In this document: positions 7,454 to 15,220 of the stretch, in pieces
Layout: every line of letters begins with the position of its first letter
Numbering within the stretch: position 1 is the first letter of the stretch
Origin: Octopus sinensis
Taxonomy: Eukaryota
Length of the DNA stretch: 15,220 nt
Direction: 5' to 3'
Assembly (NCBI RefSeq): GCF_006345805.1
Contig: NW_021825524.1
Coordinates: forward strand, 1 to 15,220
Notes under the pieces: model-generated
Database searches by the model: none
The model's input: only the letters and a program-made list of their open reading frames with translations
What the model was told of the DNA's origin: nothing
Translations under genes and position numbers: made by a program

Positions 7454-10400
7454 AAGGTAACCCGTTTTTAAACCAATAATAAATTAATAGTTAATCAAAA
7501 CTAAGCAGATCTCACTCCAGCTCGCTGATATCCACTCTCCTTCTCTTGGAAGAAGAGTCTACTTCCAGCTGCCTCTTACTCCCCACTACCACATCTGATT
7601 CAACCATTGCATCTTCTTTAGCATTCATTGGGTCGTCTTCATTTTTGCATGCCATCTCCACATACCGGTTGGAAGCAGAAGCGTATTCTTCACCAGATAC
7701 CTTCATTCCGTGCTTGTGTTCGATCATCATACTCTCGAGCGTTCTTTTCAGTACAACGGATTGGATGTATGTCCTCGTTCCTGCTTCAATAGATAGTTTC
7801 TTCATATATTTTTGAAGCATTTCGAGACAACTCCATCCCATGTCATAACCACAGGAATTATTTTTTACTTGACAGCTATACAGAAGCGAAAGCTCACTTG
7901 CCAATAGGTCATACTTGTGACACTTTTCAACCTCCACTTGCTTGAGGCGATCCTGTGAAGTAATACCCACTTCAATTAGATTTATTTCGTTTCTGACTTT
8001 GTCGTGGACAAAGATATCTGGCTTGTTATATTCTACTTTTGTTTCGGTGAGAATTGTACAATCAACCCTGATTTCAACTTTTCCCGTCGACAGTGTTGAC
8101 TGAACAGAATGTCCCTTCAATCGTCTTGCTTTTTTGAGTCCATACATTCGGCACAAGTTAAGGTGGATACACTTCACAACTTCGTTGTGTCTCCGGAGAT
8201 AATCACTGTTGAGCATTTTACCACACTGAGTAGCCATGTGGTCAACAGTTTTCTTGCTTTTCTTACAATGATTGCATAATGAGTCAGCGGATGCAAAGAA
8301 CAAGTTTCGATCTTGCAGAAGACAATACAATGCTTCGCTTCGTGGCCCATTATTTCCATTAGATAGCCATTCTGAGGATGCAGGTAAATCAACATTAGGT
8401 TCATCCACACATTTGAAAAGCACAGAATGTAGTGCTTTAGAACTAATTTTCTTTTGTAAATATTGTATCTGACTGGACTTTAGAGACTCCATAGTAATAC
8501 TCTTCTTATCAATAATTGCATATTTGGAGGATAGAAATCCTGCGATCATAGCCAAATGCCATTTATTCATTTTAATTACACGCAGAATCCCCGCCCTCCG
8601 TAAGCATATAGTTGACATATTTTCCAGACTCGTAAGGAACTGAAAGAGCATTAGTTCACTTTTGAAAGCAACTGATGAAAGCCCTCTTCCAAGAGCCTTC
8701 CGGTTTAAATACAGTCTCTCTTTATTTGCAGGTTTGAGATGTAATCTGAGCGACGTAAGCAATTGCCGTATTTGTCTGTCAATATCATCAAATTCAGAGG
8801 TTCAATATTGATTAGCCCAATATATAATTATATAGTGACAATGCATATTCATTTATAGCACGAAACAGATTCACAGAGTTGAGTTTTGTTTTCGATAGCA
8901 TAGTTATCCTCTTCTTAACATTCTCAAAGATAGAGTCCATAACTCTATTCTTAAGAACATTGCTTCCACCATCTTCAAGTACACCCAAATACCGATATCC
9001 ATTGATTCCGTCAATAGTCTTACAACATGATAATGATTCCAAATTAGACGCTGATTTTTCTGAATTCATCTCCAAACCAACAATTTTAAAAAATCCGTTA
9101 ACAGCTTCCATCATTTTGAGTAAAGTGTCTTGTTTGAGAGCAAATATTTTTAGATCGTCAATAAATAGCAAATGATTAGTAGAATATGTTAACATATTGG
9201 GATCTTCCTGGTTAATTTCAAGTTTTGGAAACACGGAATTAAGGATCCTGCTTAGAGGATCTAATACCATAACAAATAGTAAAGGAGACAATGAGTCTCC
9301 CTGTAAAATTCCTCGGTTTAACTTCACTGATCCAATTCTTCTACCTTCCATATGCAGCTTTACTGCCCACTTCTTAACTACGCTCTTCACAAAGTTTACG
9401 ATCCAAAGCGGGATTCCAGAACAATCCAAAACGTGAAACAAAAAATCATGATCAACTGAGTCATATGCTTTCTTCACATCGACCCAAGCAGAATAAAGGC
9501 CATTCCCGTACTCCTTGTTCAAACATTGGTTAATGAGAGCTTGCTCCTTGGCGCCTTGACAATACTTCCTCGTTCCAAGTTGGTTGTCTGAAATTAGGCC
9601 AAATGCCTCTTAACATTAACACATTTGGTGACAAGTTTATACAATGTCGGCATACACGTTATAGGACGTAAGTCCTTCGGGGTCTCACAATCATCTTTTT
9701 TAGGAATCAAATATGTTATTCCAGTGTAAAACCAACTTTCAGGCATGTACTCTCCATTAATTATTCGGGTTATCTCGTGACACAGAAATCCATGTAATGA
9801 CTCCATCTTCTTAATGAAAAAGTTATATATCCCATCACATCCACATGCCTTCCAGTCAGGAAGATACTTAATAACATTTCCAAAAAACTCTTCCGTAAAC
9901 TCTGGAAGCATATGTTCAGCACAAGTAGTTCGTTTTCCAACAACGTCATAAGATTGAGGCCTCCCATTTCTCTCGCTCCAGACTTTTTGCCAAAAAGACA
10001 CATTCTTCATCATCAAATCCATACAGCGTCACTTCCTCTTTCTTTGTTAAATCTCGATAGAATCTTTTTCGATTTAATTCAAAGCACTGATTATCCTTAC
10101 GAAATTGCTTCCTTGAATTATGAACTTCTATTTCTTATTGTTAATCCTAATCAGGTCTTGCAATAATATCTGAATCCTCGACAGCTCACCTTTCTTAGTT
10201 TTCTTATACCCATAGCGACAGAGACATCCATTACCTTTTGCTTTTCAGATGGAGGTAGTGTTTGATTGGAATGGGAATTAACAATTTCCAATTCTGCAGA
10301 TAATTTTGAAATTTTCTTTTCAATATTTTCTACCCATGTGCTCTGTGCTTTGTCTCTCATGGTTAGAGATAAATACGCACATTGAGCAGCATATAGAATA

Positions 10401-11046
10401 TCAGAAATGCTATTGATATCATTAGGATGATTATCTTTCGTAATATAATATATCGCCGAATTCAATCCTGTCAATATATCAGTTTTCAAATATTTATTTT
10501 GAATTTTTGGAGTTGGTTTACGTGAATCCCTTGGAATCGATTCAATATTCTTAATTTGTATATTCAACTCTTCTAGACACTTTCTAAAAGTGGAAATTTC
10601 TGAGCTCTCAAGAATTGCTTCTGATGGCAATTGCTTCCATAATTATTATCCACTCTCATTGGTTTAACCATTCCTTTGAGTTGACTGAGACTTGCACTCT
10701 TCGAGAATTTTGAATTAAACTTCTCACGGATAAGGTTCCATCCACCTCTTGGTATCCTCCCAATTCTTTGCTTCGTGGCATAAACAATCTGAGGCACCCA
10801 CTCAGCTTCAGAAACACAAATAGCATCATCGATAATGGCCGAAAGGGAATGCAAGTTAGTTGGGATAGTAGGATTCCCAGCAATTGGATTGTCATGAATA
10901 CTAGTCCTTGTGCTGTTATCCAGCCCCAGAGACGACACTCCTGCACTTGTTATGTTATTTTTATCCTTTTTCGCAGGAAGGCCCCTAGGATTCGATTTCC
11001 TCATATCATTAGGAACGGACATGCACAACACCACAACAACTATATT
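7454..11046 (-). mobile_element. R4/Dong-like (REL-endonuclease) non-LTR retrotransposon, apparently full length (~3.6 kb)
   Basis: Flanked by the TSD. Single disrupted ORF, ~20-nt 5' UTR, ~58-nt 3' UTR and no poly(A). Confidence 0.85.
7512..11022 (-). pseudogene. R4/Dong-like polyprotein (RT, CCHC, PD-(D/E)xK endonuclease), frameshifted
   Basis: Pieces 10573-11022, 10151-10630, 9594-10022, 8812-9522 and 7512-8762. Motifs: RKDNQCFELNRKRFYRDL, WKACGCDGIYNFFIK, GITYLIPK..DLRPITCMPTLYKLVT, NQLG..GAKEQ, WVDVKKAYDSV, RGILQGDSLSPLLF, HLLFIDDLK, YRYLGV, CNHC..TVDHMATQC..RHNEV, KPDIFVHDK..LIEVGIT..EK..KY. The clade call rests on C-terminal motif resemblance. Confidence 0.9.
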
Positions 11047-11159
11047 ATCTTATTTTAATAAAATATTTCTAATTACATTAATTAGGAAAATTAAAAGCAC
11101 AACACACAATATGTTAGTATATGTCAGTGACAAAAAAAAATGATTCATTAAAAACTTGT

Positions 11160-12188
11160 AATTAACATCTGGTATTTCTCCTTTTTCCATAAAAATATCC
11201 CAACAACGTTTTTTCATAGAAAAAACAAGTTTTTCAATATAATATTAGGAATATTTCCCCAAATATGAAGAAGTTCCTGCTTAATTCTTCAGCATTTTTC
11301 AAATCGATTTTACTGAGTTCCGCTTTTATATGAGCCCATAAATGCTCAATTGGATTTAGATCAGGTAACTGGGATGCCAGTCTAGTGTTTTTATATTTTC
11401 TTTATCAAAATAATTCATGATTAACTTCGCTGTATGACACGGTGCATTATCCTGTTGAAAAACAAAGTCATTAAGTCCCATTTTTGCAACTGATCTCGGT
11501 AGGCTGTTGACTAAAAGATTTAAATATTTTGCAGAATTCAATGTTCCGTCAACAAAAACTAATTCTCCGACGCCTTTAAAAGAAAAACATCCCCATATCA
11601 TGATTTTCCCTATTTTTTGTTTTCAAGCCAAATCAACCTTTCCAAATTTCACTGTTGTTGAAATATTTTTGGAATTAATTGTTCACCGCTCTTCCTATAT
11701 ACTATTTTTCGAGTTTTGTTTGGATTGGCGTAAAAAATGCATTCATCTGAGAAAATTGTGGTTTTCCATTTTTCATCAGAAATGGCAAGAAATCTTTTCG
11801 TTATTTCTAATCTTTTTTTAGTGTGTTTTATATTCAAAAATGGCTTATTTTTTGCAATACGTCCAAATATACCATTTTCATTAAGATTTCTTATATACTG
11901 TTCTTGAGGAATTGCTTTATTGGTTAGTTTCGTCATTTCACTTGAGATCTCTTTAGATGTTTTTGTTGGATTTTCTTCCGAATACTTTATCAATTCTTTC
12001 AAATCATTTTTATCAAGTATTTTTGGCCTTCCAGATCCTGGTTTCCGATGGATTGTGCCATTCTTTTTGTATCGTTGGATAAAATTAGACACTGTGGCCT
12101 CATGTACCCCAACTTTCAAAGAAATTGCCCGAAATGTCATTTTTGTTTCATATAAAGCAATAATTTTTCCTTTTGTAAAGTCATCCAT
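11160..12188 (-). pseudogene. Tc1-family DD34E transposase, frameshifted
   Basis: HTH..GSGRPK..IFSDEC..TVKFG..IMIWGCF..FQQDNAPCHT..W(P)SQLPDLNPIEHLW. There are 34 residues between D and E after restoring a 1-nt deletion near 11376. The 3' end is approximate. Confidence 0.92.
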
Positions 12189-12463
12189 ATGCTTTTTCCT
12201 AAAATAGAGATATTAAATCATATAAAAAAAGATATTTGTATAGATAATATTTTTGAATCATTTTTTTTGTCACTGACATATACTAACATATTGTGTGTCA
12301 TGCTTTTAATTTTTCCAAATTAATGCAATTAACAAATATTTTATTAAAATTAAATAATAATAATTACAACTAATCTACTAAGTTTTTTGAAATTAGAATA
12401 TTTATAAGATTTTCAAAGAAAAACTAAATATGAATTTTGAATCATTTTTTTTGGCGAGGAGTG

Positions 12464-12939
12464 TATATGACGAGTCTTCGCTTGAAACCTATCAGCAATT
12501 CGTGTCAAAACTACAAATAAATGATCCAATTCCTGAGGAAGAGTATCTTCTATACGAGTATAGAGAATGAAGAGATCCTGGACAATTTGGATGAAAATGA
12601 TGATGAGGACATTGATTGTGGAGAAAAAAAGAATGAAAAAGTCGTTTTAGATCACGATGCTTTGAATGCTCTCCATACATTGAGTAAGTACTTCAAACAA
12701 AAAGATGAAACTAATTTAAATGTCTTCAATCACCTTGATGATGTTAGTAGAAACATCAAAATAAATATTAAAACTAAAATAACTGACTATATTTAAAGAA
12801 ATTAATGTCTTCATTTTTCAATTAGTCTATAAAATAAAAAAAATGCATTTTATTAACAAATAAAAATATTCAAATTTGTCTCTCGAATCCGCCGTAATTT
12901 CCCAGGTCTCAAATTTGGCGGATTCGAGAGGTTTTACTG
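12464..12939 (+). mobile_element. Second pogo/Tigger-like remnant: acidic C-terminus and right TIR (probably continues at 7294-7335 across the Tc1 insertion)
   Basis: ..DPIPEEEYL..ENEEILDNLDENDDEDID..ALNALHTLSKYF..KTKITDYI* (stop at 12796). The terminus has a 14-bp perfect inverted pair (12880-12893 / 12917-12930) and ends GGTTTTACTG|TA (TA at 12940-12941). Confidence 0.8.
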
Positions 12940-12942
12940 TAC

Positions 12943-13455
12943 AAGATTCAAATATCACAAAAGTATAAATAAGTAAAAAAGGAGATTAAAAGAACAAAAT
13001 CGAAAATATCACAAAAAATAAATAGATATAGTAAAAAATAAATTAAAAGGAACAAACTCGAAAATATCACAAAAGTATAAATAAGTAAAAAAGGAGATTG
13101 AAAGAATAAAATCGAAAAATATGACAAAAATGATGAGCTTTCAGATAATTAAATCATTAAAAGAAAATAATCTTGTATTATTCCTTCTGAATCCAATTAA
13201 GATAAAAAATAATGCGTAGCAAATAATTAAGAGAGAACCACAAAGTAAATCGACAGCGTGCTCACACGTGGCTTAATTTATTAGATATTAGGTTTACCAT
13301 TTTAAAATTAAGATAATTAATAATAATTAATGAAAAAAACTTTATTTTTATTACAAAACAGTTTTGAATGTCAGTGATTCTCACCTTTAGTGAGAGCAAG
13401 GATTTAATAATAACCAGATTATTGAAAAAGTTAATTTTAAATCAATTAATCTTGG
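12943..13455 (+). repeat. Dispersed AT-rich repeat, copy B, with three ~55-bp subunits plus a partial one
   Basis: Direct copy of 1730-2188 with one extra tandem subunit. Confidence 0.95.
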
Positions 13456-13474
13456 CTATACCAATTGGAAACTA

Positions 13475-14485
13475 ACAAATAGTTATTAACTAACTAAATC
13501 CCGGCATCGTAAATGGAAACACAGTTTCCACGTACTATGGCCAAGGAAATCCTTTCGAAAAGCCACTTGGACTCGCGTGGGTCTCCCCGTTTATGGGAGA
13601 TCATGCGGCCAAGCTTTTTTAGAAGGAAAGAGACTTTTCGCCGATGACGCCGGAAGTCTCGACGGCGATGGGAGTGAACAGATACCGTTCAGAGAGCTCC
13701 TTGTACTTTCCAATCTTCATCTTCTCGGTTTTGCGAGAGACTGAGCCAGGCTCGACAGCTGAAGAAGGAAGGTTGAGCTCCGAGAAAGTGTCTGAACACG
13801 TCGCATCCCATAACAGAGACTTGCCGAACTCAAACGGGAAAGTCGATAGGCCGTCGGGTCTTTTTCCGTCTCCCCTCGCAAGCCCGACGGGTTCGAGGAT
13901 TGATGGGATCCCAGCGGCCGTGAGCCCCCTCTGAATAACGTCGTTAAGTGCTGCATGGCGTGGTGCGCGCCCTGCACTGCGACGACAGGAAAGGGGATGT
14001 AGACCAAAACGGTCAATGACAGCACCACAACGACATTTGTGTATTTCGCAGATTTCCAATCCAAGACGCAATGATAAACCAATTCGTAGGCAATCTTTGT
14101 CTAGTAGGTTACCGGTGGAAGGGACAGGGAGAGCATCCAGCCAGGCCCCACTCCCTGTGCAGCAGCCTGCGCGGAGACATGCAAGTCTGTGCTGATCGAA
14201 ATTTTTGCGTAGATGTACGTCAAGAGCTTCACAAGAAATGGCATCCCATTGAGCTTGGATACACGGGTCACTGGGTCTTTTGTTGTACAATGAATCCCAA
14301 AGGTCAGAGCGGCCACGTGATCAACTGACATTTTTCGTTCAGGTAGGTTTCTGAGAACAATGTCAGTGAGGACACGGGATGATGCCTTTGACGAAGGAAA
14401 GCAGGACGCGATAGACACGGGAGAACGGAGTCCAATCCCACCGCGGCTTACAGGCGGGTGGATTGAATCCACCCAGAGGGTCAGT
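13475..14485 (-). mobile_element. 5'-truncated CRE-clade retrotransposon, second lineage (RT thumb to REL endonuclease)
   Basis: WIQST(L)PVSRGGIGLRSP..QAQWD..GAWLDALP..LRIGLSLRLG..CRCG..HPLSC..RH..ND..KRPDG..WDATC..KY..PIAVETSG..ERISLAIVRGNCVSIYDAGI*. Stop at 13494-13496. The right boundary is approximate. Confidence 0.88.
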
Positions 14486-14488
14486 CGA

Positions 14489-15220
14489 GAGATTCTCCAA
14501 GAGATTCTCCAACCCTTTTCCGAATCTTCTTTGGACACAGAGTCAGTCGCCGCAAAAAGCCGCTGGCTTGGGTTGTCTCTTGAGCTCACTCAAATCCGCA
14601 CGCACAGGTCGAATGGGACAGGATCCTCTGCGACCAGAAGTTGAACAACCTCAAGCCTAAGCTTAACCAACATCGCTTGGCTTGCTTATTGGCTGCCTCA
14701 CAACCATATTCGAAGGCTGGTTGACCGCTATTCCAATGGGTTCTATTGGAACCTTATTGGACGATGATTGCCTGAGGATCGGCATATCACTGCGCCTAGG
14801 ACTGAACGTATGTCGGGAACACCGGTGTCGCTGTGGATCGACCGTTGACCCCTTTGGATTGCACCCGTTATCGTGCCTAAGAAGTTTCGGACGCTTCCCT
14901 CGACATACTGCTCTGAACGACATAGTCAAGCGGACTCTGGAAACTGCCGGATTCCCTTCACAGCTGGAACCGGTCGGGCTGGCTCGGAGGATGGTAAACG
15001 TCCTGATGGTCTAACGACCTTCCCATTTGAAAATGGCAAGTCTCTCATCTGGGACGCTACTTGCACGGATACCTTCTCCGCCGGAACATCTTGACGTCAG
15101 CTTCAGAGCCGGGCTCCGCAGCCAACCTGGCCGAAACGCTAAAAATCAAAATACAGTGCATTATCTCACCGCCATATCTTTGCCCCGATTGCAGTGGAGA
15201 CATCGGGAGTCCTCGGCCCC
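14489..15220 (+). mobile_element. 5'-truncated CRE-clade retrotransposon, third lineage, running off the window end
   Basis: [78 protein letters not shown] across frameshifts. The left boundary is approximate. Confidence 0.88.

Larger units (their letters stand above)
7336..12463 (-). mobile_element. Tc1-family (IR/DR-type) DNA transposon, ~1.5 kb once the nested retrotransposon is removed
   Basis: TA|CACTCCTCGCCAAAAAAATGATTCA at 7334-7336 and TGAATCATTTTTTTTGGCGAGGAGTG|TA at 12463-12465. The right TIR (~12254-12463) matches the left TIR split into 7336-7453 plus 11059-11147. Each TIR has outer and inner AAAAAAATGATTCA direct repeats. Confidence 0.92.

Noticed and set aside
10900-11046. HDV-like or hammerhead ribozyme at the 5' end of the R4/Dong-like element
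   Set aside because: Only a small TTCCT/AGGAA hairpin is visible by eye, and the nested pseudoknot or CUGAUGA..GAAA core could not be assembled. A covariance-model search would settle it.
7546-12207. Plus-strand and alternate-frame ORFs over the R4/Dong and Tc1 elements (e.g. 7546-7815, 8879-9175, 10768-11058, 11507-11821, 11920-12207)
   Set aside because: Antisense shadows of transposon ORFs with biased composition and no independent evidence.
12521-12796. Independent acidic host protein
   Set aside because: It matches the acidic linker and KxKITDY tail typical of pogo/Tigger transposases and is followed by a pogo-type TIR and TA.
13475-15220. Twin-priming inversion of a single CRE copy
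   Set aside because: Both arms contain the same 3' domains and differ at many codons, so they are separate lineages.

Overview
AT-rich eukaryotic DNA made almost entirely of nested, frameshifted transposable elements. I recognise no host housekeeping, rRNA or tRNA gene. Left to right: a decayed Merlin (IS1595/ISXO2-like) transposase and GGTAC-ended MITE(s); copy A of a ~460-bp AT-rich repeat; a 3.66-kb insertion flanked by an 11-bp target-site duplication (ATTAATCTTGG), carrying an orphan ORF plus a full-length CRE-clade non-LTR retrotransposon (PHD-RT-CCHC-REL); a short RT fragment of another CRE fused to the 3' half of a pogo transposon; a second pogo remnant interrupted by an IR/DR-type Tc1 element, whose left TIR is split by an apparently full-length R4/Dong-like retrotransposon; copy B of the 460-bp repeat, which preserves the empty site of the CRE insertion; and two more CRE 3' halves joined head-to-head. 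The most notable signal is that CRE-type elements repeatedly occupy the same site at the end of the 460-bp repeat, with a possible 5' transduction of an unknown ORF. Many frameshifts are +/-1 changes in homopolymers and may be sequencing errors. The host is not identifiable; a microsporidian or other AT-rich parasite is only an inference.
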